A stretch of DNA of 62,794 bases, filler included, from Globobulimina sp. (taxonomy: Eukaryota): NCBI GenBank assembly GCA_003354225.1. It is 40 parts of 40 records of this genome, joined end to end, with 100 filler letters (N's around TTAATTAATTAA, not from the genome) between each part and the next. Parts side by side here need not be neighbours in the genome. Positions count along the whole stretch, not along the records: positions 1 to 1,474 come from PIVH01016118.1; positions 1,575 to 3,048 come from PIVH01016119.1; positions 3,149 to 4,622 come from PIVH01016120.1; positions 4,723 to 6,196 come from PIVH01016121.1; positions 6,297 to 7,770 come from PIVH01016122.1; positions 7,871 to 9,344 come from PIVH01016123.1; positions 9,445 to 10,917 come from PIVH01016124.1; 33 more parts are not named here. The stretch is one strand, 5' to 3'. This document shows positions 1 through 11,017 of the stretch, piece by piece. Each line of letters opens with the position of its first letter. Within the stretch, counting starts at the first letter, position 1. Both the position numbers and the translations under genes were made by a program. Below the pieces are notes generated by a model. It was not told the DNA's origin and ran no database searches. It was given only the letters and a program-made list of their open reading frames with translations.

Positions 1-56
1 AGGTTGTTGTGCGAAATGCGTATTTGTTATTTTATCAATCTAATTTATTTGTTTAG
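1..56 (+). CDS. 3' end of a second USP deubiquitinase copy (EVVVRNAYLLFYQSNLFV*)
   Basis: 1..59 is the exact reverse complement of 292..350. Confidence 0.75.
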   Translation, partial: VVVRNAYLLFYQSNLFV

Positions 57-294
57 TTGTTTCTAATGTTTGCATAATTATAATTATGTACAAACAGTTG
101 ATACTTTCACACTTCTGTAATTCTGTGCTATAGTACCCCGAAACTGTTTGCTATAGGTTTGTCTTGGATTTATTATGGGTTAATTTGTTATAACTTTGTC
201 TTGGGTTTACAAATCCAGAACAAAGTCACAACAAATTTATAATTTTCGGTATCTTCAAAACTTTAAGAATCAATTATGTAAACATTACAAGCAA

Positions 295-1474
295 CTAAAC
301 AAATAAATTAGATTGATAAAATAACAAATACGCATTTCGCACAACAACCTCTTTTTCTTCAACTTTGCTAACATAAGAATCACTAAACCGAAACCATTGT
401 TTATTGATATGATTCTTTGCATAGGCAATACAATGATGGCCACTTAAACATGACACTGCAAATAAATCATAAATATATTCTTGTTTTGAATCGGAAATAT
501 CATATTGTTTTAAATTCAAACCATTGACAGGATAATTAATGAATGGCTGAGCAGAAATCGATTGCATTTGCAACTTTTTTAAATGAATAACTAATATTTT
601 AGGAAACTTATATAATTGAACCTGTTCAATGGCATTTGGCAAATCTTGTTTACATTTACTACAATGCCACTTACTTTTGTCCAATACATTTTTTTGCGTA
701 TATTGATCAATACAATCATATAATGTTGGTTGTTTTATATATTTTAATGTTGTAGCAACCGCCAACATTTTGAACGGTTCAAATATTACATAATCATACT
801 TACATTGTTTATTTGCACAGATTATATTTGATTTATGCTGACCATAAAATAACTCAATAATTGGAGAATTATGCTTTTTCAAATAAGCAGTCCATGATAA
901 CTTTGACACCATAAAATCTGGTAAACCATTCCCAACAATCACGTCATTATTTGCATACTCATCATCAGCAATATTTAGTTCATCATGCAATACATTTATT
1001 AAATAATCTAAAAACTCGGCTGGATCCTGTTCATTGTATGAACCATATTTACTCGAAACAGATGACATTTTAGATTTGAATATCCGTAATGAATTTGGCA
1101 TTGATGAGCTATCATTGCGCCATATATCAGTTATTATTTTCTGAAATGCTGTACTGACATTTCCATTCATTTTATTTCTATTAAAATATTCTATCAATGC
1201 TGGCAAATGAGAGGTACATTGAAGAATGCTGTTCATCCAACACGTATTGCCAAGATTGTTAAGTCCCGCAGTACCATTAACATTGTTATTATCCCGCTTA
1301 CAGTCGTCAGCTTGATATTTTTTCTTTGATTTCTTTGAATTTTTTCTCTTTGATATACGAAACTTATTTTTATTTTTTAATTCTTTAATGATTGTCGCTA
1401 ATTCTTTTATTTTATCATTCAATTGTACAATTTGTTGGTTTTTCTGATTTAATTTGTTTTCTTTGATTGATAAT
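295..1474 (-). CDS. Ubiquitin-specific protease (peptidase C19), 5'-partial
   Basis: Cys box GLNNLGNTCWMNSILQC, EQDPAEFL, CxxC zinc-finger motifs, PKILVIHLK, WFRFSD, AYLLFY. Confidence 0.93.
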
Positions 1475-1574
1475 NNNNNNNNNNNNNNNNNNNNNNNNNN
1501 NNNNNNNNNNNNNNNNNNTTAATTAATTAANNNNNNNNNNNNNNNNNNNNNNNNNNNNNNNNNNNNNNNNNNNN
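1475..1574. other. Artificial contig linker (44 N + TTAATTAATTAA + 44 N); first of 39 identical linkers
   Basis: Identical 100-nt block recurs about every 1.57 kb; TTAATTAATTAA gives stops in all six frames; contig lengths fall monotonically from 1474 to 1471. Confidence 0.99.
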
Positions 1575-2225
1575 AAAATCAGTAAACCAAATGTTGCAAT
1601 TCCGCAAAGTGTAAAATGTGTTGGCGTCAATATATTCCGAACAGGGAATGACTTTGCATAAACAACATATTCTCCTAAATAAATATTGGTTAATTCGCTC
1701 AGTCGTTGATTTGTTGTCAGATATAGAGAATTAAATGGAATATTAATTAAATTTTCATTGTGGTGATCGGACTTCAACTTTTGGAGTTACTCGCTTACCA
1801 CAAAAAATTAGCTCAATTGTTGTGTCTGCAGTGATCTGATGGTGTTGCAAATAGTTATGCAACACATCATGTTCGATTTACAAATGCCAGCTAATACATA
1901 GGCATTTGTTTTGAATAGAAAAAAATAATGAAGCACATACGGAAATATTACAAAAATAAAACCAAAATATGATTCATTTAAAGATTCCTTATCCCATTGA
2001 TTGTTTTATGGGATATACTGTTGATCGCAAAGTGAAAGCGCTGTTTCTATGTATAACAAATAAAATGATCTGGCAATCTGGTTATTATATTGCAAATATA
2101 CAGAATTTCCAGGTACTTCAACCACAAACACTGGGTGTTATTTTAAATATTGATCGATCATTATTAATATTTGATAGTATTCAGTTGAATATGAAACATA
2201 GTTAACATTCAGTTCGAATTGTTAC

Positions 2226-2417
2226 TTGGTAAAAACAGCTATTTAGTATTTCAATAACAGAGTCAGGTTCTAGTGGATTGCCACAGTCATTATAGCCGTT
2301 ATCAGAGTAAAAAGTCCATTCTCCACCATGTCTTGAAGAATATACAGGTTTTTTTGTGTAATCCCATCTGCCAATAATGAAACAAGGGCCGTAGACGTCA
2401 GTTAATAATTGCTTGAG
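2226..2417 (-). CDS. Putative internal exon of an unknown multi-exon gene
   Basis: 192-nt open frame LKQLLTDVYGPCFIIGRWDY...NSCFYQ bounded by AG and GTAAC. Confidence 0.4.
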
Positions 2418-3148
2418 CTATACATTTGATTTGTAATTGTGTCAATATAGTTGTATATGTCGAAATTGATATATACAGACATGCAGCATACCATTGCATT
2501 GCAGACTGTTAATTGCACGTCTCATTATTTTGACAGATTGCATACGTATATATAAATAATCAATATGGGGCGGATAATCATTATCTGTGAGATTTAATTG
2601 ACTCCGCTTTATTGTATAAATTATAACTATTATAACTGTAATGGTTTCAAATCTAAAGTAACAAGTTTGCCATCATCAGGATTTATTGCAGTCCAATCAC
2701 ATGATTGTGATGACGACACTATGAGTAATGAACAGAAATTACAAAAGACGACGTCATGACCTGTGTAATATATCGTTCGGATTGATTAGTTTTTTGACAT
2801 TTTAGATCGATCCTATGTATTGTTATCACCATCTCCCTGCCAGTGGTGTGTGGGGACACTAATCACTCTGAACGGACTGAACCCAACTGATGTGCGGAGA
2901 AAGTATGTGAAAAAAAGAAAAAAGTATTTCAAGTCTGAGAAAAAATTTAAAATTAAATTCTGATTAATGTTATTATGTTGAAAGAACAAAATGAAAACAA
3001 TAATAAAGGTGGGCGGGAAAAATATACACACAATAAATACAAACTCAANNNNNNNNNNNNNNNNNNNNNNNNNNNNNNNNNNNNNNNNNNNNTTAATTAA
3101 TTAANNNNNNNNNNNNNNNNNNNNNNNNNNNNNNNNNNNNNNNNNNNN

Positions 3149-4508
3149 TAAAATATCAAGCAACTGTAGATTTAGCAGCCAACGCTGACAACAATCCGAA
3201 TTTGAAGATTCGTTTCCGATGTGATTCACATGATGATTGGAATGATAATTGTTATATTAACGACCTCCGCATTTATTCCAATACTGTGACTCCACCACCA
3301 ACTCCACAGCCAACCACTACTTCGCCAACCACAGGTACTTCCGCATACATTCGCGCATAACATAAGAGCATGAGGACCTTTGTCCATATTAAAGGGATAC
3401 GGGATTATAAGCACACAAAAACATTTAACAATTATGTGATACAGCTATACCTACAACATCGGCGCCAACGACCTCTGTTCCGACAACTTCAAATCCAACA
3501 ACTGTTGCACCAACGACCTCTGTTCCAACCACATCTGTTCCGACCACTTCTGTTCCAACCACATCAGCACCAACGACATCTGTCCCGACAACTTCAAATC
3601 CAACAACTTTAGCACCAACGACCTCTGTTCCCACATATGTACCCACTACAAATCAACCAACAACAATGCAACCAACAACATTTGTTCCAACAACTTCCGT
3701 ACCAACAACATCAACACCAACACCAACACCAACAACTCCTAAACCCACCACCTCGGAGCCTAGTACTTCTGCACCGACTACAGCCGAGCCAAGCAATTCA
3801 AATCCAACATCTGCTCCGAGCACACCACATCCAACAATTGATGCAGTTGTGGCTGATCCAAATAAAACAAGCATTGATCTGAATGAAGCTGGCGTGGATG
3901 GAGAAATAACCACAACTTTCGATGACGGAGATGCACAAAACAATGACACCCGGAAAAAAACTACCTATACAACATTTATATTATTATCTGCAATTATATT
4001 AGTTGTGTTGTGTTGTTTTGTAATGCTTGGATGTATGCTAAAGATTTGTGTTTATTATTTTAAAACTAATATAAAAGCAAAAGCAAATGAAGAACAGATG
4101 AATGTGCAGGTTGATAGGATTGAATTGCGTTCAACGAGCCCACGGAGCGTAGGTTCAAATACAAATATTGACGGAGAAAAAGCGAAATTTGAGTTTGGTA
4201 GTAAGTTAACATCGCAATCAAATATTGAAATGGAACAAATGGATGGAAATGATGGAACAAATTCAACTGGAGATATATCCCAGGAATCAGAGAATGACAG
4301 TGATGATAATATGTATGGAGATGATGCGAGATCATTTGGTGAAGCGAATCATGGAACAGTTGGTGGTGGGACTGCTGCGGATATGGGACAGGAAAATGTG
4401 TTTATATCAACGCCACCGTCCAATGTGAATATTATTGACAATGCGGATGATTCGGGTGATGAAGAAATGTATACCAATACATTACGTAGTGTAACGAAAG
4501 GAAAATAA
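3149..4508 (+). CDS. Type I membrane mucin-like protein (beta-domain, P/T stalk, TM, acidic tail); intron 3335..3444; 5'-partial
   Basis: Exon 1 ...LKIRFRCDSHDDWNDNCYINDLRIY...PTT splices via GT..AG in frame into PTTSV repeats and the 3666..4508 ORF; TM FILLSAIILVVLCCFVMLG. Confidence 0.85.
3447..3830 (+). repeat. Coding 15-nt (PTTSx) tandem repeat
   Basis: Repeated CCAACxACxTCTGTT-like units. Confidence 0.9.
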
Positions 4509-4722
4509 AATAAATATTAATCGTGTAAATACTGTATATAGCGCTCTGTTTTATGATGTCAAAATTTTATCTCAGCAAAAAACTTACTCTGATTTGGAAA
4601 AGTCTATGTCGTGATCTTTGTCNNNNNNNNNNNNNNNNNNNNNNNNNNNNNNNNNNNNNNNNNNNNTTAATTAATTAANNNNNNNNNNNNNNNNNNNNNN
4701 NNNNNNNNNNNNNNNNNNNNNN

Positions 4723-5010
4723 GATAATTATCATGTATGGTTCAATGGCAAAAGGCGGGCCCTTGTGCCTTGCATCTAGTCTTGGATACTTGGCTAACCA
4801 ATCGGGAAGGCCATCTTGTTTAGCTGCTAAGAGGTCTTCGGGGCGATAGGTGCAAAGATGACAGAGAATAGTTTGCTTAGCTTCTTCATCCTCAAAAGAG
4901 CCTTTATCGTCGCATATCCAGCAAGGAGCAGGTGGAAGCTTACCCTTGACTAATTTCTTTTTTCTCTCTTCTTTAGCTTGGAGCTTTTCTTCTTTTGACA
5001 TTTGAGACAT
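4723..5010 (-). CDS. Phage hypothetical protein with two CxxC motifs, 3'-partial
   Basis: CWIC...CHLC; starts 3 nt after the preceding stop. Confidence 0.6.
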
Positions 5011-5013
5011 TTA

Positions 5014-5346
5014 TTAATTTCCGTATTCTGCATGAATAGCGCATTCTGCCGCTTGAGCCATCCACGAATTAACCCTTTGAATATATCCCCATAACAATCT
5101 GCTATCATTTATTGATAAGTGAGTGCCCTTTGTATTAGCCTTTGAGTTAACTAATTTTGGCCGTATCGGAATCAGCGGAAGGGTGCACGGGGGTTTTATT
5201 TCCAGACAGGTTTCTGGTGGTTTCACTTGCCGGCAATTTATTAAAAAAATCGAGGAAAAAATTAGCATCGTCAAAAACACCGTCTTCAACCATTGACACA
5301 ATCTTTTCGAAATTAGTTTGTAATACCTTAAGTTGTTTCTTAGCAA
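5014..5346 (-). CDS. Putative o-spanin (outer-membrane lipoprotein, Rz1-like); start uncertain
   Basis: Basic N-region, hydrophobic core, lipobox-like FLIN-C, then Pro/Cys-rich segment; overlaps the i-spanin gene in another frame. Confidence 0.65.
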   Translation of the reverse strand: MLRNNLRYYKLISKRLCQWLKTVFLTMLIFSSIFLINCRQVKPPETCLEIKPPCTLPLIPIRPKLVNSKANTKGTHLSINDSRLLWGYIQRVNSWMAQAAECAIHAEYGN

Positions 5347-5524
5347 AGTCTCGCTCCCCTCTAATAGCTGCTAGAGTAATTCTGACTTCTGCTATTTGTG
5401 CTTTAGCATAAATATATTTTTCTGTTGCAGATTGAACGCTGGCTTTTAATTTGTAAATCCAAATTGACAAAGCAATTGCGGTTCCTAGTCCTATGATTGC
5501 ACAGATAGCAAAAAGCCAAACCAT
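5147..5524 (-). CDS. Putative i-spanin (Rz-like)
   Basis: N-terminal TM then predicted coiled coil; directly downstream of the holin-like gene. Confidence 0.65.
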   Translation of the reverse strand: MVWLFAICAIIGLGTAIALSIWIYKLKASVQSATEKYIYAKAQIAEVRITLAAIRGERDFAKKQLKVLQTNFEKIVSMVEDGVFDDANFFLDFFNKLPASETTRNLSGNKTPVHPSADSDTAKIS

Positions 5525-5526
5525 AA

Positions 5527-5760
5527 TTATTCCTTTTTCTCTTTAGTCCATTCAGGCTCAACCAAAACAGTGACATCTTTTTTAGCTAACCCACGGCTTA
5601 CAGAATAACCCATGGTAGCAAGTGCACCTACAATGAATCCTGCAATCTTCATTGCTACATGGTCAGTAGGTAAGAATCCAGCCATCACAAAAGCGCTGGC
5701 TAACATGCACGCCAATGTGAACCAAAATTCGCTAGTTTTCCATCCTGGGGATTGTTCCAT
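5527..5760 (-). CDS. Putative holin (2 TM)
   Basis: 77 aa, PGWKTSEFW...GYSVSRGLAKK, two hydrophobic helices, charged C-tail; AAGGAG RBS and TAATG coupling. Confidence 0.65.
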   Translation of the reverse strand: MEQSPGWKTSEFWFTLACMLASAFVMAGFLPTDHVAMKIAGFIVGALATMGYSVSRGLAKKDVTVLVEPEWTKEKKE

Positions 5761-6059
5761 TATTTTCTTCTCCTTGCTTTCCGTTTCATTGATTTTGTTA
5801 ATTCTTGAATATTTATTTCTATTCTATATAGCTTATTATCTATCTTATGTAAAGAGGAATTTAATTCTCTTTTACTTACGTAACGTTTCGGTAAGTCAGG
5901 GTGAGCTCTATCAATATCCTTATCCGAGTGCACTTTAACTTCCGTTGTTACTGCTGATTTGATTTCTTTTGAGCTGTTGTAACCAAAGCCTACTAGGGCT
6001 ATTATAATCGCTCCGCAAGCGATAAGCATTCCCACATTAACTGGCGTAGATTTCCACAT
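5760..6059 (-). CDS. Phage single-TM plus coiled-coil protein (lysis-region type)
   Basis: GGGGGA RBS, N-terminal TM, basic C-terminus, stop overlaps the next ATG. Confidence 0.65.
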   Translation of the reverse strand: MWKSTPVNVGMLIACGAIIIALVGFGYNSSKEIKSAVTTEVKVHSDKDIDRAHPDLPKRYVSKRELNSSLHKIDNKLYRIEINIQELTKSMKRKARRRK

Positions 6060-6312
6060 GAATTAATCCCCCGAACAATAATTATAAAGGTATAGCTTCC
6101 TTTGGCTCTTTGCCAATATCAGTTGTAGTTTTAGTTACTCCAGCAAATGCATGTAACGGCTTACCATCTATCATAAGCCCCTCTGGAGCACATTCANNNN
6201 NNNNNNNNNNNNNNNNNNNNNNNNNNNNNNNNNNNNNNNNTTAATTAATTAANNNNNNNNNNNNNNNNNNNNNNNNNNNNNNNNNNNNNNNNNNNNATCA
6301 AACATATCAAAA

Positions 6313-7770
6313 ATGCGTCCATCTGCGTCGAACAACCAATACTCCCATTCATACAACAATCACGATATGCCCAACGCAAACAGAGGCCGCCATTCTCACC
6401 ATGGCAATCATCAGCGATACAACAATCCCAATCCTCACTCGCACGCCAATTACAATTCAAATCGACAATACCAACCAAATCGAACCAACCAACATCATTC
6501 CCAATACCCGCGAACTTCCAACCATATAAACCACACCAACCACCCCAACCATATGCACTCGCCAAATCCACGTCGTACCAATCATAATCACCACCATTCA
6601 CATCCACACCCACACTCCAATAACAATCCACCCATATCCTTGCACTCCAACTCAAACAACAGAGGTCATAACCAATCCTCTCACTCGTCGCGTGTACGTA
6701 ATAACCACCATAGACCTTACCAACATAACCAACATTCAAATAGCAACAACCGCGCCAACTATCGAAACAGCCGTCGTTCCAACCATCGCAACCCTCACAA
6801 TCCTAATATTCGCCCTTCCCGAGGCACTGCAAACCGCTCCCGAAATATTCGCATTTATACCTCGCATAATTACCCACCACGTTCCAATTCTCACTCAACG
6901 CACAAACCTGTGCTAAACCTCATTGATAACAATAAAACTGTCAAAAAAGCTCCAGTTCCAGTCGCAAATACCAACACTTGCATTAATAAAACATCACACA
7001 GTGAACAGTCAGTGTCGACTTCAAAGCCAAAGTCGTTTTCAACGTCAAACAGAGACAATTTATCCACAGCTATGAGCGAATTATGCTTTGATGATATACC
7101 TTTTAAATACGATTATAAATCAAAGGTGAATTTAAGTTTATTGTCGTTGAAAAATGGCGGCAAAATGGCTATGGATCCAACGCAGATTTATGAGTGGAAA
7201 TTTAGCAACGAAGAGGAGAAAAAAACGCAGGTTCGAAATTATATGTTGCCGTGTTTGAAGTTATTGAACCATTTGCAATGTATGGACGAAGCCATTGACT
7301 TTATATTTGCTCCGGATGACAGGCGGTATAACCCCGACTATTATCTGATGTTTACGAGCAGCAATGCGGTGGATCGGAATATGTGTCTTGAATGGATTTG
7401 TAATTTGTTGAAGTCAGATTATTATGAGACTGTGGATGACTTTGCTGCGGACATTCGGTTAATGTTTGAGAATACTTTCAAAATATTTGGCTACAAACAT
7501 GAATGGAGCAAAAACTGCCGCGTTTTACAGCGGACGTTTGAGGAGAAAATGATTTTAATTTCTAGGGACATTCCAAACGCTCGAGAGATATTTGTCGAAA
7601 ATGGGAATCCGTCCAATGATATTTTACAGAGAGAATTCCTCGAATTGGACGAAAATAGAAAGGAAATTGAAGAATGTTTGAAAAAATTGGAGCAAGAAAA
7701 GAGTAATGAGCTGAATGTGGAGATGGAGGTTGATGTCGATATGGCGGATAAAAAAAATGAACCTGAAAGT
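6313..7770 (+). CDS. Bromodomain-like protein with N/H/R-rich disordered N-terminus, 3'-partial
   Basis: PDYY...MCL...YYETVDDFAADIRLMFEN bromodomain pattern. Confidence 0.75.
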
Positions 7771-7870
7771 NNNNNNNNNNNNNNNNNNNNNNNNNNNNNN
7801 NNNNNNNNNNNNNNTTAATTAATTAANNNNNNNNNNNNNNNNNNNNNNNNNNNNNNNNNNNNNNNNNNNN

Positions 7871-7989
7871 CCAACTATGATATACACTCAGCACACTGTG
7901 AACGGATTTGTTTTTGAATAATGTGGAGCAAACAAGAAAGAGTAGTTCACTTATTTGACACTTAATATCACAACGCACTCAGATTTTAA
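7871..7989 (+). repeat. 119-bp perfect direct repeat at contig start (copy 1)
   Basis: Identical to 9226..9344. Confidence 0.97.
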
Positions 7990-8106
7990 TATCACAACTG
8001 ACAAATAAAAAAGGAGACATCGTTTCTAAATCCGTAATACATAAATATTAAATATTAAAAGAACAACATATCAATAAATATTAAATATTGCACTATTCAC
8101 AACTTT

Positions 8107-8967
8107 TTAAAATAAGATGGTTAATAAAAAAACACAAATTAAACTGCAAAGAGCTATACTTACTTTGGCTGCAGTACTTTCATCATTATTATGATTATGA
8201 TCACTATCAATACCACCCGGTGCTTTTGTTGGGTTTATTGTAACATCAATTGATGGTGATCCTGTTGTTGGTGTTGCAGTTGTCGTTGTTGGTGTTGCAG
8301 TGGTTGGTGTTGCACCACTATTACATTCAAGAACAAATATCTTCTCATCCACATCGCATGCCATATAATCATTAACCTCGCCACCTCTCTCCAGTATTGG
8401 TGCACCTTCACATATTTCATTACCAAACCACGTCGAAAGTTTAGCAATGTTATTATCACATTCATATTTCATACTCATTTCCATTCCTGAAACAGGCACA
8501 CAAACATCTAAAAGATTCGCAGAGTCTCCATATAAACCATTTGGTCCTGGTGGAATGCTACAATCTGGATCTGTTTCAAAGTCTCTCGTTATAACATAAG
8601 GACAGGTTTCGCCTGATGTGACACATGAAAATGCCATCTGCATAGCATCAGTCTGATTGTCACCAGCCATCGCCAAATTTAATTGTTGTTCAAAATTGAT
8701 TGATTGTTTTGGAGTGCCACTGCAGTCTTCGTCGTCGTTCTCATACTCCACCTGGAAAATTACACCATCTCTACACTCAAATAATGAATGTCTGACTTGA
8801 ATACCATTTCCTTCATCTGCTTTTCTGCTCAAACATACACCAGTTGGCTGAATGAAAATTGTTGGCCCCATGGTAGCGCTTACATGATCACAATGACTTA
8901 CATCAATCGCATTTGTACGTGATAATAATGCTGCTGTTGCTAATGATATCGTTAATGCTTTAATCAT
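8107..8967 (-). CDS. Secreted Cys-rich, probably GPI-anchored surface protein
   Basis: Signal peptide MIKALTISLATAALLS, two similar Cys modules (xxVCx...ECxx...CxGxP), TPTTAT stalk, hydrophobic C-terminus. Confidence 0.85.
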   Translation of the reverse strand: MIKALTISLATAALLSRTNAIDVSHCDHVSATMGPTIFIQPTGVCLSRKADEGNGIQVRHSLFECRDGVIFQVEYENDDEDCSGTPKQSINFEQQLNLAMAGDNQTDAMQMAFSCVTSGETCPYVITRDFETDPDCSIPPGPNGLYGDSANLLDVCVPVSGMEMSMKYECDNNIAKLSTWFGNEICEGAPILERGGEVNDYMACDVDEKIFVLECNSGATPTTATPTTTTATPTTGSPSIDVTINPTKAPGGIDSDHNHNNDESTAAKVSIALCSLICVFLLTILF

Positions 8968-9225
8968 TGTTTAATTGTGTTGTTTAATACAAGTGTTGCT
9001 TGAGATCGATATGCTACGCTTTTGTTTGCTAATGTGTTTAGTTCTATTTTTAGTTTCTAAATTCAGCTATATTCCTATTTTTGTATGAATCAATCATAAT
9101 CAACATACACAGTGCAATTTTTTTCAAAAAAATTGCAGTTTAAGGTGCATGCAATTTTAATATGGTGATAATTTCACGAATATTGACTTGTTTACAAATT
9201 CTATGTGATCATAATCGTATCTTTT

Positions 9226-9344
9226 CCAACTATGATATACACTCAGCACACTGTGAACGGATTTGTTTTTGAATAATGTGGAGCAAACAAGAAAGAGTAG
9301 TTCACTTATTTGACACTTAATATCACAACGCACTCAGATTTTAA
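9226..9344 (+). repeat. 119-bp perfect direct repeat at contig end (copy 2)
   Basis: Identical to 7871..7989. Confidence 0.97.
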
Positions 9345-9444
9345 NNNNNNNNNNNNNNNNNNNNNNNNNNNNNNNNNNNNNNNNNNNNTTAATTAATTAA
9401 NNNNNNNNNNNNNNNNNNNNNNNNNNNNNNNNNNNNNNNNNNNN

Positions 9445-10917
9445 TACGATAAACAACAATGGTTTCATAGTAAGAGATTTCATCAAAACTTGTAATTTAA
9501 ATTTAGGCAATAATGACAATAACACTATAGGAAAATGGACCTGGGGAGTACGAAAACAAAATACTAAACCACAAATTCTAGACTTATTATTTCATTCCAA
9601 ATTAAGCAAAATAACTAAAATGCACATCGATGAAGAAAACTGCGAATTAGGTACTGGAGGCTGCGATCATTGTTTTATTCATACAACTTTCGATATTTAT
9701 CAACATAACAGTAACAAATACATAGATCAAAATGTAAAGAAAAATAAATGGCAAATAAATGACGATACCGATTGGTCGAGCTACAAAGAAAAACTAAAAA
9801 CTATAACAGAAGAATCGGACCACACCAACATAAACATAGATACGATATTAAATAACATGAAATCAGCCGGAGAAAATACGATAGGCTATCGAAAACCAAA
9901 TAGGAAAAAACGAATGTCCAATAAAGCCAAAAAGATCCAATCTAATATAGCTGACATTAGAAAGAAAATAAGACACAAAGAAGGCGATATCCAAGATAAC
10001 CTAAAATTATTATTTGCATATATCCAAGAACAACGAGAACTAAGAATGAAAAACGAAATGGCAAGAATAGAAAAAGCTCACAATAAATGGCTCAAAAACC
10101 CAAAACGAAAATTTCACCAACTATATGACATAATGAAAAACCTAAACAGGGGAATTCAAGAACCAGTTACACTCATAAACGACAACAAGGAACCGATAAC
10201 AAATATTGACGATATCAATCTACATCTAACAAACTTTTGGGATGAAATATTTACTTTAGGTTTATGGCCAAAAGCTGACGATAACATAAAACGAGTAGGT
10301 CTAGATAACATAATAACAGGAACGGATAGACTAGAAATGGATCACGATATAACTATTAAAGAATTAAACGAAGCAATCAAACGATTAAAAAACGGAACTT
10401 CAGCCGGTACAACCAATATTCCAAGTGAATTCATAAAAAATTGGCCAGAAGAAACTAAAGCCATGGCATTAACTTTATTCAACAGATGGTACAACACAGG
10501 ATTCTTCCCTGATATAGGCAAAACACAAGAAGTAACATTATTACATAAAAAGGGTTCAAAAAGCGATATCAAAAACTATAGAACATTATGTCTGGGTTGC
10601 AATCTATGTAAAGTATATTTGACAATATTAACGAAAAGACTAGAAACGATAACAGAAAAGAAAAATATATTAGGTTACATACAACATGGATTTCGATCAA
10701 ACAAAAGAATTGAAGATTGCATACTAGTAATACAACATGCCATAAAAATAGCAAAACAACTATCTATATCAACTGGAGCAGCGATAGCACTATTAGACAT
10801 CTGTAAAGCATACGATAGAGTTTGGCGAGAAGGACTATGGAAGAAACTACGAGATTACGGTTTTCCCGATAAACTTATACGAGCAATAGAAAGTAGTTAC
10901 CACAATCCAGGAGCGAT
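9445..10917 (+). mobile_element. Non-LTR retrotransposon ORF fragment (end of APE endonuclease plus N-half of RT)
   Basis: Frame open across the contig; WTW...ILD...CDH endonuclease tail; LLHKKG...NYRTL, QHGFR, LLDICKAYDRVWR RT motifs. Confidence 0.92.
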
Positions 10918-11017
10918 NNNNNNNNNNNNNNNNNNNNNNNNNNNNNNNNNNNNNNNNNNNNTTAATTAATTAANNNNNNNNNNNNNNNNNNNNNNNNNNN
11001 NNNNNNNNNNNNNNNNN

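Noticed and set aside
1519..1530. TTAATTAATTAA palindromes at regular spacing as a biological repeat or array
   Set aside because: Always centred in N runs; artificial six-frame-stop linker. ORF tails containing X are linker read-through.
2810..2905. GC-richer island as a possible snRNA or other ncRNA
   Set aside because: No match to U1, U2, U6 or SRP motifs I can recognise; no convincing structure
3370..3949. Several overlapping ORFs (VVGT and QQ repeats)
   Set aside because: Shadow frames of the PT-repeat coding region
6245..6739. Antisense G/W/V-rich ORF, and similar F/S/L-rich antisense ORFs over SMC1 and the HMG region
   Set aside because: Reverse-strand shadows of low-complexity coding sequence
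9445..10917. RT as a retron, DGR or defence RT (also 56611..58081)
   Set aside because: Endonuclease remnant and QHGFR/QGSVLSP motifs indicate eukaryotic non-LTR elements; no ncRNA or template repeat seen
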